Shown: in pieces, positions 1-10,215 of the stretch | Numbering within the stretch: position 1 is the stretch's first letter | How the letters are laid out: the number at the start of each line of letters is the position of its first letter | Virus record (IMG/VR): IMGVR_UViG_3300042453_004886 | Coordinates: 96,001-160,000 of that record | Source of the DNA: a virus | DNA: 64,000 bases | Strand: one strand, 5' to 3' | Program-made: the position numbers and the translations under genes | Notes under the pieces: model-generated | The model's database searches: none | What the model was told of the DNA's origin: nothing | Seen by the model: only the letters and a program-made list of their open reading frames with translations

Positions 1-28
1 GGATCCAAAAGCGCCAGGTTCTACAGGT

Positions 29-3000
29 ATGCGTGGAGCGCTTACCGTGCAAGAATTTAGCGCGGCAGCTGTTGTGGCTGCAGGTATTGATTCTGCATAC
101 AGTCAGCTAAACTCTGAGGCAGCAAAACTTACTGGATCCTACAGCGAACATATTTTAGATAAAACTGTGTTTGCAAGAATGATAAAAAAATCTATGAAGG
201 AAGGCTTCAGAGAAACCTTTAAAAACTTTGAAGGTCTTCCCCTTGGCCAGTCTTCTCACGCAAGATCTTTCAAAAGACTTATCTTTGGCTTGACTGTTAG
301 AGAACTATCAAAAGGTACGAGCTTATCTGAGACCGAGAAAAAGGTTTTACTTGAGCAAGCAAGGCTGATGGGCCTTAACAAGACTGAGTCTGGTTTAGTT
401 TCAAGAATACTTAGAAAGGTAGCCGCGTTATTTGGGTTTAAAACACCGGATACTAAAGTTGCTTCTCTCTTGGATCTTTCTGATTACCCTGAAGTAGACC
501 CACACACTCTCGATAGAAGCTTTTACTTGGATGAATTTGATTACGATACAGATTTGATGGGTAATAAAATACAGCACAAAGCAAATGCTCCCAGCGAAGT
601 TATACGTGTACTCGAAAACGGAACCCGAGTAGAAAAATCAAAATTAAGGTTCACCGTACTTGCTCAGAGTCTAAGTCACGAAGCTCCTGCAAACATCTTT
701 ATAACAGAAGGTTTTAACGAGCTTTACGCGTTTAACTACGATTCAACTGCAGAAACTCTCTACGGTTTTCTAAACGCCGCTAAACCAGATGCTCTACCAC
801 AGCGTCAGCAGAACATGTTGGGTTCTGACACTGGTTTACTTACAGTTACGGGTAGTGCGGCAGAATATATTAAAAAAGTAAAACTAAAAATAAAAGGACC
901 TGAAAAGGACTCAGCAGGAAACGTTTTAGAATCTCGTGCAAGGTTTGGAAACAGATTTAACATCCTACTTATGAATGGTATGGGTGAATCTACCTTCATG
1001 AACTCAAAAGTCATGAATGGTGCCTATGTTACCCGAGAAATCAAAAAAACAAAAAGTTACTTTACAGGTAGCGTAGGTGGTTCGATTACAAATGATGAAA
1101 TATCATTTATTGACCAAAGACTGAAACGGGACAAAGAAGGTAACTGGACTTTATACGATCCAAAAAGTAAAAAATACGAAAGAGTATCCCAAGAGGATGG
1201 AAAACCACTTCTTACAATAGATATAGATCAAAGAAACATAAAGCTTTTGGAATTCTTTAACTCCGAGGGGGTTAAAACCGATTCCACAATGCCAAACCCT
1301 ATCTATGACATGTCCGGGCACAAACTGGAAATCATGGACATACAGACCAGTATGGGTGCCAGTGGAAAGCTCGAAATAGAGTTCAACTACAGGGTTCTTT
1401 CACCTGCAGGCGGATCTATGAGAATCTTGTCCAGCGGTCTAAAAATGGTCACTGTAGGTGTAAAGGGTGGCTTTTTTGATGTCATTGCAGGCGGAATAAA
1501 CAAATCTATTGAGTCTTTAAAATCCGAGGACTTGACCTATAGAACAAAAGAAGGCGGATCCTTAAGTCTTGGTACCTACGGAGAATTCTATCAAGACGTG
1601 TTTACCATGTGGGGTAAAAAAATAGATCCCTCGATGTCTGAAAAACAAAAAGAATCCATGACAGGTGAAATGATTCACTTGATGGTAGGTGAATCTATTG
1701 TAAAAACAGGCGTTGTATTCCTGCAGACAGCTGCAATTCGTTTAGAAGAAAAAAGATTTTACAGCAGGGTTGTTGACATATTTAGTGATGACGCAAAGTT
1801 TGATGTATTTAAAAGAATGCTTGAAAGCTTTGAAAAACAGTCTGAATCAGCAAAAAAAGGTACCGGTATTAATAGGACTATCTTAAAAGGTATCAATCAT
1901 CTTTTAGGAGGCTCTGGCTTAGACGAGGTAAAACTTACCGAAGAGCTTAAACAAAAAAATAGAAAAAATCTACTTAAGTCAATCAGATCAATAAGAAATA
2001 AACTACTTAGAGGTGACGATTTCGGTACCGTACTCAGTAGCATATCGGACAAGCACGCCCTGACAGCGGCAGCAGCCCTGCACGTCATGCAATCCATGCT
2101 GGCTGGCGTAAAAGCAGATAGCTTCATGGAAGAGACGTCCAGGCGTCTTTCTGGTGCGGCTATCACACCGATGAACGAACCTCAATTTGACTTTAGCACG
2201 CCGGTTCCCTTGGTGCTTGACGACGCTTTCTCAGTAAAAGCTTTTCCAATGTCTAACCGCATGAGCGCTCTTATGCCAGGAAACCAAGCTGGTAGCCATA
2301 CTCAAACTGTTCTTGGAGCTCTGTCTAGAAACCTGGGAGTCGAAAAACGAGATAGACAGCTGTCAGAACTTTTTTCGCTGGCTTACTTGGGAGGAAGTGC
2401 AACTCAGATTGCTCAAAGAGCACTCGGTAAAAAATCAAAGGTATCCATCAAAGATCTTAGTTCATTCCATCAAGATTACATGCCAAGTCTTCTTATTGGT
2501 GGTGTCAACTTTGAACCACTTGCTTATGCATTTGCAGGCATGTCCAGAGAACACGAAGCTGCGTTTGGAACTATAACAGATTCAGTAAGAAGGCTTACAT
2601 ATGAAGATCTAAGTCCAGAAGAAATAAAAATAGAAGAAGCTAAGGCTATAGAAGCAGTAAAAAGTTTAGGTACACCAGGTACAAGAATTGCTCAAAACTT
2701 TTCTTCTGGTGTGCAGTCTGCAAGATCAGACATGAAGATATTTGAGCTCATGAAAAAATACAAGGTAGGCTCACCTAGAATGAGAATACCTGTTTTTGAG
2801 TTTACTGCTGTAGGTAGCGGCAGAAACAGATTCAGTGCTTCAAACCTTGTGGCCTATGAAGAGGTCTCGTTGCTCTCTGCTGAAACGTTGACGGAACTTC
2901 AGGGTGTGTTTAGCGACTTTTCCTCCGAAATATTTGACTTGCACGTAGAAGCAATGCGAGGGCTGCACAAAGTAAGAGCTCTCAGGCTTCAAATGGCTGC

Positions 3001-6000
3001 TACAGGAGGTTTGGTTACAAAAGAAACCAGAGACCAGTACTTGGGATACTTGGACAAGATAAGAAGGCTTCAAAGCGAAATAGAAAACCTTGCTGCAACA
3101 GATGTTCAAAAATCCGGAGCAAACATTATTGGAGGCTTTGCTGTAATTGCTAACTTTATACCTGGCTTTCACAACATGAAGCTAGGTGAAGATCAAAACA
3201 TAAGGACTTTTGAAACTTCAATCATAGTTGGTGACGAAGTCATGATGAGAGTCATGAACAAAGCAGAAAAAGCTATGAAAGCAGCAGACTCTCTTGTAGA
3301 TAGAAAAGAGTTCAAAGAAAAGCTATCAAAAAAAGCGCAGAAAGCTATGGATAACCATCTTAAAAAAGTAACAAAAGCTGCAGATGTAAAGTTTGAAGCT
3401 GCCTTGCTTGAAAGCACGGATGACGCAAAAGGATACACTTCTAAAAAATCAGGTGTAGGTAAGATCCTTGAAGGATTTACCAATCTTGGTGCTGACTACT
3501 ACAAAAAAATGAGTACTATTTCGTCAACTTCCACATTCTTGAATAGTTTAATAAACATAAGTGAAGCATTTGAAACTATTTACGGAGTTCAGATATCTGG
3601 AAAAACTAATATTGATGACGTTGTAAAAACTTTTACAAGATCAGACGATACTAGTTATTTCCGTACACAGGGCTCTCAAGATTTTTCACAAAACATTCAA
3701 CAGCTAAAAGCTTTAAAGCACGCTCAATCTGTACTTGGAACAGGGACAAGTACATACCTAGACAGTGAGCTACAAGTTCACAAAGAAAACATTCTAAAAG
3801 GTGTAGCTAATACAATCAAAGCACTCCAAAACGAAAAGAAATACGGTCAAGAAGTAGCTACACTAGCAAAATCATTTGAAGCTCTAAGAAAAGACCTTTT
3901 CTGGGTTAATCGAGTAAAAGAACTTAAAAAGATTGGCGAGGGCGGAGAGTTTGAAAGCGTTCAGGAAGCAAGAGATATTATCTTTAATAAGTTATCAAAA
4001 GTAACCGATTTTATAAGATACTTTGAAGATACCCCAAGACTAGGACTGGACAGAGATATAATTCTTCAAAGATTAAGGAAAGACAGAGATAAACTATTAA
4101 AAGAAAAATCAATCGTTGACACAATTATTAAAAAAGAACAAAGAATTATAGACAACGAAGATAAAGTAAAAAATATAATACGTTCCATACAAAAAAAGAG
4201 TCAAGGATCTACTCTTGGTGAAGTTTTAAGTGAAAGAACAAAAGTTACAGAAGAAAACGGAGAAAAAAAGAAGTCTGTATCAACAGAAGTTATTGGATCC
4301 TTTGGTCAAGCAAACGTTGACTTGTTACGGGTACAACTAAGCATATTTGAAAACAAAGCCAGAATGGCCGGGCTGTCTAAGGGTGTAGCAGACGTTCTTC
4401 ACGACACAATAAGAATGAAGAAGTTTGAAATTGCACTCTACGAAAATAGATTAAACCCTGCTGACTTAAGAAAAGGTATAGATACTTTAAAAAATCTAAT
4501 TAACTCAACAAATAATATGAGCGATAAAAAGTATTACGGAAAAATGCTTGATGTTGCTCAGTACAGGTTAGAAGTATCTACAGGCACTAAACGTAGTAAA
4601 AACAACCTTATAAAGAGAAGCGCAGAAGACGTATCTCATGCTCTCTATGCAGCCGGATTTAGCGTTCTTCAAGCTGTGGAAGATGAGTCTTCTCAAAACT
4701 CATTTGGCAGTGAAGACGAAACTGTAAAATATGTAAGAAAAGTTCAAAACCTTCTTGGTGTTTCTAATGTAAAAAATGCACTTCAACTAAGAAGTTACTT
4801 AAGAGGCATAGGGCTAGAATCTGCTTACAGCAGAGCGGGTGCTCCACTTGGATCTGAAGGTGGTGTCAAGTCTGCTCCTATATTCTCAATAAGAGAAGGA
4901 AATAGAATATTCAGACAGCTTGGTACAAGTTTTGAACTTGATGAAAAAGCCAATAGACGTTCTATATTCTTACACATGAGCGGAATGGCTCTTAATCTGG
5001 GTGACTTTGACGGTGACGTTGCAATTCTCACAACTATTGAAAGATACACATTCCTTGAACACTTAAAGCACAAACTCGGTGGAGAAGATAACCTTATTGA
5101 CGTAGAAAGATCTGCAAAAGAACTCATCAAGCAGCTTGAGCAAGCGGGTGCAGATAAAGGCACCATAGATGAATATAGGCTTCTTATAAGCAAACAACGA
5201 GATCCACTTACTAATAACTTGCTAAACCTGAAAGAAGAATATTTAAATCTAAAAACTTCTGTTACGGACTCAGCAAGAAGACTTGTAAGCACTCACATTG
5301 CCGAATACTGGGGTCTTGGAGAGAATGGTCTTTCAAAGCTTGCAGCAAACTATTATGGTAACGCTTACACGGATCCTGATGCTGACAAAGAACTTCTTGA
5401 ACAAAGACTTGCTGTCAAGCTCAATAAGTTCTCGAGTGATATGTACAGCAGCCTTCGCGAAAAAGCATCCAAACTCATAGATAAAAAGATAGCTCAATCA
5501 GACAATTTTGATAAGACTGCAAAAGCTTATGAAGCTCTTCAAGATAACGAAGAATACAGAAAGCATGTAAGAGAGTGGGTTAATAAAGATTCAGGAGCTC
5601 TTGTTGAAGAAAGTTTGGGTGATTTAAAAAACATTTTCAGCACAATAGCCGGTGTTGAGATGTCAGCAGATGAGATTTTAAGATTTGGTATCAAGACTGC
5701 TTTTGCATCTACAAAACTGATTGGTAACTTCTCTAATTTGCAAAATACCCAGCACGCACTATCCACCATGAGCAAGTTTGCAAGTCAAAAATTTTACACT
5801 GACGTTATAAACACATATGCAAATGTAAGTGGTGGGGACATCAGAGCAGTTGCTCCAGAAATTGAGTCCCACTACCAGCAGCTTCAAAAAGAAAAGCAAG
5901 AAACGTTAAATATTATTGTTAGCAGTAATCAGGGTTTCATGCAAAGACTGCAGCAGGCAACTCGTGATGCAATCAAGCCAAAAACTTCAGGTGCTACAAG

Positions 6001-7759
6001 CGAATCCAATAAAGGTGTCCTGCAAGAGCTTTATGAAGATAGCGTACTCATTCGAGCTATTGATGCTTCTGTAGCTCTTGTAACGGGTAAATCTTTATTT
6101 GGAAATTCTGTTAACTACAGTTTTAACAGCGCAAACGAACAAAAAATTCTTCGTAGCCTGAATGTTAACGAACTTATCAAGATTGAAACTACACCAGATG
6201 GTTCAACTCGAGCAACCTTAAAAACCGACTACGATTCAAGCTTAAAGTTTATTGTAGACGAATTGCTTGATCCTCTCGTGCGTGCTTCCAAAGACGAGCA
6301 CAGAGCAAGGGCTCTTTTACAAGAACGCTGGAAAGGAAAAGAACTAGACGCAGCTCAAAAAGACGCTTTGACCAACATAGATATCCAAGCAGAAACTCAA
6401 GCACTCATGTATGGAAAACTTCTTATAAACCAGTTCCAAGACATCAAGAGAATTTTGAAATACAGAAAAGCAGCTGAGTCCGCCGGGGAGGACGGATTTG
6501 AAAGAGCTCGATTCGGATTATCCAGACAGCTTAAACTTGTGTTCTTGCAAGAACACATGCGAGGTGGTCGCCTCAATACACCAGAAGCATTCCAGCGCGT
6601 TGTAGGAGACGTTTATCAAGATTACGCAAAAGCTGAGATGCTTGATTCTCTTGAATCCGATGCAAGAGCACTCGACCCCACAGGAAGGCTTTACGACAGC
6701 TTGCTTCCGGCTTTCAGTAAATATGCTCAGGGTGAAAATGAACTTGAAATTTATAAAGCCCTCGTTCGTAAAAACCCGGAACAATACACGGCTCTAGGAA
6801 ATATTCACATGGCGCTGGTAGAAGCCGCCACTGGTCAGAATCCTTTGGAAACCGTACAGCAAGTCATGCAGCTCAGAGAAGAAAAAGTAAAAGAAGTTTA
6901 TGCTGGACAAATCGAGAAAAAGATAGAAGCAGTCGGTAAAGCTAAAACGGTTGTATCGATGGCTATAGGAGGTTTCCTTGTAATGGGCGGTTTGGCCGCA
7001 ACAGAAGCTCACGCCGCAACAACTGATAAAGATAAAGAATCACCCTTCAGGGATAAAAAAGATTCTCTTACAAAAGTTATTACTGAAACCATCTTTAACT
7101 GGGAACCCCATTTAACCGCTGCTTCTATATACTCCCAGCAAGGGTTTGATACCAATTCTAAACTTGTTGCAATCGCTGGCTTAACCGCAACCATGGCTGC
7201 AGCTCATGTAGCAACTGGTTTTTCTGAAAGACTCGTCAAGAAAGCAGGATTCAGATCTGCAGACGGAATGACCTTTAATAAAAACTTGGAACACGCGGGC
7301 GGTTTGCTTGGAGTAGTTTCTGCTGTATTTGCAGGAAGTGCTATTTCAGGAATTCAAGAAGAATTCATGAAGCGCGAAATGAGAACCCCTGTCAGCAATC
7401 TTGCTACTCAAATAACTGAAGAACTTGCTACCCGAGACGCAATTATCATGGCTTCTTCTGAAGATATTACTGATCTAACAGACCAAGAAGATGCAGTAGT
7501 TGAACTAGCTTACGATGAAAATGGAGATGCTATTCCTGTTCCAGAAGGACTTACTAGAGATGAGGCGCTTAACATGAGTGACGAAAATCACTCAAGCGTT
7601 CCTATGATGCTTACAGAGCGCGACAACATGGGTATTCCAGAAGTCTACAAGAATCCCGTGCTTGATGAAAATGGAAAAGTTACACGTCCTTCAAGAACAC
7701 CGCAAGAAAACTACAAAGATGCCCTTAGAGAGCACAGAATTAGAACTGGTGGTTTGTAG
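29..7759 (+). CDS. Giant virion-associated protein with two-barrel RNA-polymerase-like catalytic domain (putative virion RNAP / ejection protein); probably extends 5' of the window
   Basis: RSIFLHMSGMALNLGDFDGDVAIL (DFDGD at nt 5003-5017) aligns with beta-prime [24 protein letters not shown]. An upstream SRAGAP resembles NRAP, and GLKMVTVGVKGG resembles the beta K..KG motif. Three hydrophobic segments lie near the C-terminus. The frame is open from nt 2, so the start may lie outside the window. Confidence 0.65.
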   Translation: MRGALTVQEFSAAAVVAAGIDSAYSQLNSEAAKLTGSYSEHILDKTVFARMIKKSMKEGFRETFKNFEGLPLGQSSHARSFKRLIFGLTVRELSKGTSLSETEKKVLLEQARLMGLNKTESGLVSRILRKVAALFGFKTPDTKVASLLDLSDYPEVDPHTLDRSFYLDEFDYDTDLMGNKIQHKANAPSEVIRVLENGTRVEKSKLRFTVLAQSLSHEAPANIFITEGFNELYAFNYDSTAETLYGFLNAAKPDALPQRQQNMLGSDTGLLTVTGSAAEYIKKVKLKIKGPEKDSAGNVLESRARFGNRFNILLMNGMGESTFMNSKVMNGAYVTREIKKTKSYFTGSVGGSITNDEISFIDQRLKRDKEGNWTLYDPKSKKYERVSQEDGKPLLTIDIDQRNIKLLEFFNSEGVKTDSTMPNPIYDMSGHKLEIMDIQTSMGASGKLEIEFNYRVLSPAGGSMRILSSGLKMVTVGVKGGFFDVIAGGINKSIESLKSEDLTYRTKEGGSLSLGTYGEFYQDVFTMWGKKIDPSMSEKQKESMTGEMIHLMVGESIVKTGVVFLQTAAIRLEEKRFYSRVVDIFSDDAKFDVFKRMLESFEKQSESAKKGTGINRTILKGINHLLGGSGLDEVKLTEELKQKNRKNLLKSIRSIRNKLLRGDDFGTVLSSISDKHALTAAAALHVMQSMLAGVKADSFMEETSRRLSGAAITPMNEPQFDFSTPVPLVLDDAFSVKAFPMSNRMSALMPGNQAGSHTQTVLGALSRNLGVEKRDRQLSELFSLAYLGGSATQIAQRALGKKSKVSIKDLSSFHQDYMPSLLIGGVNFEPLAYAFAGMSREHEAAFGTITDSVRRLTYEDLSPEEIKIEEAKAIEAVKSLGTPGTRIAQNFSSGVQSARSDMKIFELMKKYKVGSPRMRIPVFEFTAVGSGRNRFSASNLVAYEEVSLLSAETLTELQGVFSDFSSEIFDLHVEAMRGLHKVRALRLQMAATGGLVTKETRDQYLGYLDKIRRLQSEIENLAATDVQKSGANIIGGFAVIANFIPGFHNMKLGEDQNIRTFETSIIVGDEVMMRVMNKAEKAMKAADSLVDRKEFKEKLSKKAQKAMDNHLKKVTKAADVKFEAALLESTDDAKGYTSKKSGVGKILEGFTNLGADYYKKMSTISSTSTFLNSLINISEAFETIYGVQISGKTNIDDVVKTFTRSDDTSYFRTQGSQDFSQNIQQLKALKHAQSVLGTGTSTYLDSELQVHKENILKGVANTIKALQNEKKYGQEVATLAKSFEALRKDLFWVNRVKELKKIGEGGEFESVQEARDIIFNKLSKVTDFIRYFEDTPRLGLDRDIILQRLRKDRDKLLKEKSIVDTIIKKEQRIIDNEDKVKNIIRSIQKKSQGSTLGEVLSERTKVTEENGEKKKSVSTEVIGSFGQANVDLLRVQLSIFENKARMAGLSKGVADVLHDTIRMKKFEIALYENRLNPADLRKGIDTLKNLINSTNNMSDKKYYGKMLDVAQYRLEVSTGTKRSKNNLIKRSAEDVSHALYAAGFSVLQAVEDESSQNSFGSEDETVKYVRKVQNLLGVSNVKNALQLRSYLRGIGLESAYSRAGAPLGSEGGVKSAPIFSIREGNRIFRQLGTSFELDEKANRRSIFLHMSGMALNLGDFDGDVAILTTIERYTFLEHLKHKLGGEDNLIDVERSAKELIKQLEQAGADKGTIDEYRLLISKQRDPLTNNLLNLKEEYLNLKTSVTDSARRLVSTHIAEYWGLGENGLSKLAANYYGNAYTDPDADKELLEQRLAVKLNKFSSDMYSSLREKASKLIDKKIAQSDNFDKTAKAYEALQDNEEYRKHVREWVNKDSGALVEESLGDLKNIFSTIAGVEMSADEILRFGIKTAFASTKLIGNFSNLQNTQHALSTMSKFASQKFYTDVINTYANVSGGDIRAVAPEIESHYQQLQKEKQETLNIIVSSNQGFMQRLQQATRDAIKPKTSGATSESNKGVLQELYEDSVLIRAIDASVALVTGKSLFGNSVNYSFNSANEQKILRSLNVNELIKIETTPDGSTRATLKTDYDSSLKFIVDELLDPLVRASKDEHRARALLQERWKGKELDAAQKDALTNIDIQAETQALMYGKLLINQFQDIKRILKYRKAAESAGEDGFERARFGLSRQLKLVFLQEHMRGGRLNTPEAFQRVVGDVYQDYAKAEMLDSLESDARALDPTGRLYDSLLPAFSKYAQGENELEIYKALVRKNPEQYTALGNIHMALVEAATGQNPLETVQQVMQLREEKVKEVYAGQIEKKIEAVGKAKTVVSMAIGGFLVMGGLAATEAHAATTDKDKESPFRDKKDSLTKVITETIFNWEPHLTAASIYSQQGFDTNSKLVAIAGLTATMAAAHVATGFSERLVKKAGFRSADGMTFNKNLEHAGGLLGVVSAVFAGSAISGIQEEFMKREMRTPVSNLATQITEELATRDAIIMASSEDITDLTDQEDAVVELAYDENGDAIPVPEGLTRDEALNMSDENHSSVPMMLTERDNMGIPEVYKNPVLDENGKVTRPSRTPQENYKDALREHRIRTGGL

Positions 7760-7760
7760 T

Positions 7761-8045
7761 TTAAGTAAAAAGCAAGAATGCGATAGCTTCCTGCATCTCT
7801 CTGAGGAAAACTTTGTCTTGATCGGTAAGCTCTGATTTCTTCAACCGTTTTAAACGCTCTAGAAGGTGCCTTGGAGTACCCTTGTATACCGAAACCATAC
7901 GCTCAACTGTATCTCCGATTTTACGGCCTTCCAGGACGGAATAATCGCGAATTGCCTCTGCGAACGATGCTGCAATGCTTGCATTGAACTGAACTTTGTC
8001 TTTTGGACCTTTTGCGTACTTACTTCTGTTATTTTCTGAGCTCAT
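7761..8045 (-). CDS. Ribbon-helix-helix (CopG/Arc-like) DNA-binding protein
   Basis: KVQFNASI strand pattern followed by two helices (FAEAIRDYSVLEGRKIGDTVERMV); 94 aa; convergent with the giant ORF. Confidence 0.55.
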   Translation of the reverse strand: MSSENNRSKYAKGPKDKVQFNASIAASFAEAIRDYSVLEGRKIGDTVERMVSVYKGTPRHLLERLKRLKKSELTDQDKVFLREMQEAIAFLLFT

Positions 8046-8411
8046 GACGTCATCTTGCCCCCAAATTTATTTTGAACCCTGGTTTTTATATACTGCCCTT
8101 AAATATTCTAGGATATTCTAGATATTCTTGTCTATAAAATTTATTGAAATAAAATCTAGATTTTCTGTATGCTGAAAATTTTTTAGCTATAAATTTCAGA
8201 TTACTTTATTTGAAAAATTCATTAGAAAACTTGCGGGATATCAATATAGGAAAATCTATATTCTAAACAGCGAAAGTAGAGCTGGATGGATGGGGTTCTA
8301 TATGGTCCCCCGGACACCCCCCTACACCCTACAAGGGTTTAGGGTATCGGTGTTCGTTCTGGACCATAGAGCCACACCTGTGCGTGTGGCCATGCTGCAT
8401 AGGAGGAAACC

Positions 8412-8915
8412 ATGCAGTTCAAGAAGAGCAAGCCCGTCAAGGGCAAGAAGCCCGTCGTCGCCGTGCCCGCCGCCAAGCCCCGCAAGGGGCTTCTGGCCCG
8501 GGTCGCGGAGGCCCTTGGCTTCGGCGCTCAGGCCCCGGTCCGCGACAGCGAGCTGGCCCAGTCCAGAATCTCCCGGGTTCTCCTCGACAACGCCCTCCGG
8601 GGCGAGCGCGAGTTCTCCACGGAGCTGATCAATCGGAGTCGCAAGACTCTGGAAGATCAGATCCGGGCGGTCCGGGCGGCGGGGGACTTCCGGGCCCCCA
8701 AGGCCGAGGCCCAGAACGTCGCTCCCGCTCCCGTCGTCGCCGCCGCTCCTGTCGCCGCCCGGATCTGGGGTGTTTTCAACACCCTTGACCGGGCCCGGCT
8801 GCGGGCGTGGTCCAAAGCTTGGGTCCAGGCCCAGGCCGAGGCCCAGGCCCAGGCCCAGGCCCAGCCCGTCGCCACCCGGGCGCGGGATTCCCGGGGGCGG
8901 TTCGTGAAGGCGTAA
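8412..8915 (+). CDS. Ala-rich basic early protein, paralog A (C-terminal RDxRGRF motif)
   Basis: AGGAGG Shine-Dalgarno; Lys-rich N-terminus; ends RARDSRGRFVKA; highly similar to 9143-9640. Confidence 0.8.
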   Translation: MQFKKSKPVKGKKPVVAVPAAKPRKGLLARVAEALGFGAQAPVRDSELAQSRISRVLLDNALRGEREFSTELINRSRKTLEDQIRAVRAAGDFRAPKAEAQNVAPAPVVAAAPVAARIWGVFNTLDRARLRAWSKAWVQAQAEAQAQAQAQPVATRARDSRGRFVKA

Positions 8916-9015
8916 GCCTCACGACCGGCCCAAACTCCCCATGGGCCTTGGTAACCCATGGGGACGCGACAGGTTTAGTAGTCTCATCCTATTAGAAAAA
9001 CTACTTTTCTTTTTC

Positions 9016-9072
9016 CTTTTCAGAGGGGGTCAGCTTTGCTGACCCCCTTTAAAAAGAGCGACTGGTGCGTAC
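9016..9072 (+). promoter_or_regulatory. Hairpin-repeat element copy 1 (putative phage RNAP promoter)
   Basis: AGGGGGTCAGC-TTT-GCTGACCCCCT hairpin + TTAAAAAGAGCGACTGGTGCGTAC, then an ACCCTTTT box; upstream of 9143. Confidence 0.7.
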
Positions 9073-9142
9073 TTAACGTAATAGTCAAACCCTTTTACAG
9101 AGCCACACCTGTGCGTGTGGCCACACTGCAGAGGAGAAAACC

Positions 9143-9640
9143 ATGCAGAAAAAGAAGAAGACCGTCGTCGTCGCTGTGCCCGTCGCCCCCGCCGCCGAGC
9201 CCCGCAAGGGGCTGTTCGCCCGGGTCCTCGAGGCCCTCGGTTTCCGCTCGGCGCCGCTCGTGCGCGACAGCGAGCTCGACCAGCCCAGGCTGTGCCGGAT
9301 GCTCCTTGACAACGCCCTCCGGGGCGAGCGGATGGTGTCGGAGGAGATGCTCAACCGGGGTCGTAAGACCCTGGAGCAGCAGATCCAGGCGGTCAGGGCG
9401 GCTGGGGACTTCCGGGCCCCCGTCGCCACGCCCGTCGCCGTCGCTCCCGTCGCCGTCGCTCCCGCCGCCGCTCCCGCCCGGGTCTGGGGTGTCTTGAACA
9501 CCCTGGATAAGGCACGGCTTCGGGCCTGGTCCCGGGCTTGGTCCGAGGCCCAGGCCGAGGCCCAGCCCGTGGCCGAGCCCGTGGCCGAGCCCGTCGCCAC
9601 CCGGGCCCGGGATGCCCGGGGCCGGTTCGTGAAGGCGTAA
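9143..9640 (+). CDS. Ala-rich basic early protein, paralog B
   Basis: GAGGAG SD; ends RARDARGRFVKA; tandem duplicate of 8412-8915, with shared leader and trailer. Confidence 0.8.
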   Translation: MQKKKKTVVVAVPVAPAAEPRKGLFARVLEALGFRSAPLVRDSELDQPRLCRMLLDNALRGERMVSEEMLNRGRKTLEQQIQAVRAAGDFRAPVATPVAVAPVAVAPAAAPARVWGVLNTLDKARLRAWSRAWSEAQAEAQPVAEPVAEPVATRARDARGRFVKA

Positions 9641-9740
9641 GCCTCACGACCGGCAACAGATCCCCATGGGCCTTGGTAACCCATGGGGACGCGTAGAGGT
9701 TTAGTAGTCTCATCCTATTAGAAAAACTACTTTTCTTTTC

Positions 9741-9797
9741 CTTTTTAGAGGGGGTCAGCTTTGCTGACCCCCTTTAAAAAGAGCGACTGGTGCTTAC
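9741..9797 (+). promoter_or_regulatory. Hairpin-repeat element copy 2
   Basis: Same hairpin as copy 1 + TTTAAAAAGAGCGACTGGTGCTTAC. Confidence 0.7.
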
Positions 9798-9855
9798 TGG
9801 AAGTAACAGTCTAACCCTTTTGCGGCCATTTTAATCACGAAAGGAGGTGATAAGT

Positions 9856-10011
9856 ATGCGGATGAGCATGGAAGAGAAGTACGTTCGTAGGCGCCAGAAC
9901 CTGGCGCTGTTCGTTCTTCTCGTCCTGTTCCTCGTCGCTGGCGCGATGGAGAACCCCATGGATCGGTTTTCCTTGGGGTCCTCCACGCCCAGCAGCGTGG
10001 AGCAGGACTAA
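9856..10011 (+). CDS. 51-aa small membrane protein (not in ORF track)
   Basis: AAGGAGGTGA SD; MRMSMEEKYVRRRQNLALFVLLVLFLVAGAMENP..., with one hydrophobic helix. Confidence 0.65.
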   Translation: MRMSMEEKYVRRRQNLALFVLLVLFLVAGAMENPMDRFSLGSSTPSSVEQD

Positions 10012-10020
10012 TTGACTTCC

Positions 10021-10052
10021 TACTCGGCGCTAGCGCCGCAATGCGCTGAGTA
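10021..10052 (+). repeat. Branched hairpin element copy A
   Basis: TACTCGGCGCTAGCGCCGCAATGCGCTGAGTA; near-identical at 12820-12851 and 17333-17364. Confidence 0.8.
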
Positions 10053-10056
10053 GGCT

Positions 10057-10117
10057 CTTTTTGAGAGGGTAGTAGCTTCGGCTGCTGCCCTCTTTAAAAA
10101 GAGGGATCGGTGCTTAC
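10057..10117 (+). promoter_or_regulatory. Hairpin-repeat element copy 3
   Basis: GAGAGGGTAGTAGC-TTCG-GCTGCTGCCCTCT + TTAAAAAGAGGGATCGGTGCTTAC. Confidence 0.7.
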
Positions 10118-10215
10118 CCCTTTCTAAGGTCTTACCAGGCCTTGCTGTCGCACATTCGTCAGAAATCCCTTTCCCCCCTTTCAGGGGGGATTTTGCCATG
10201 AAAGGAGAAACTACC

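Noticed and set aside
29-7759. Simple tape measure protein call
   Set aside because: Size and TM segments fit, but the extended match around DFDGD argues for a polymerase domain. A hybrid cannot be excluded without modelling.
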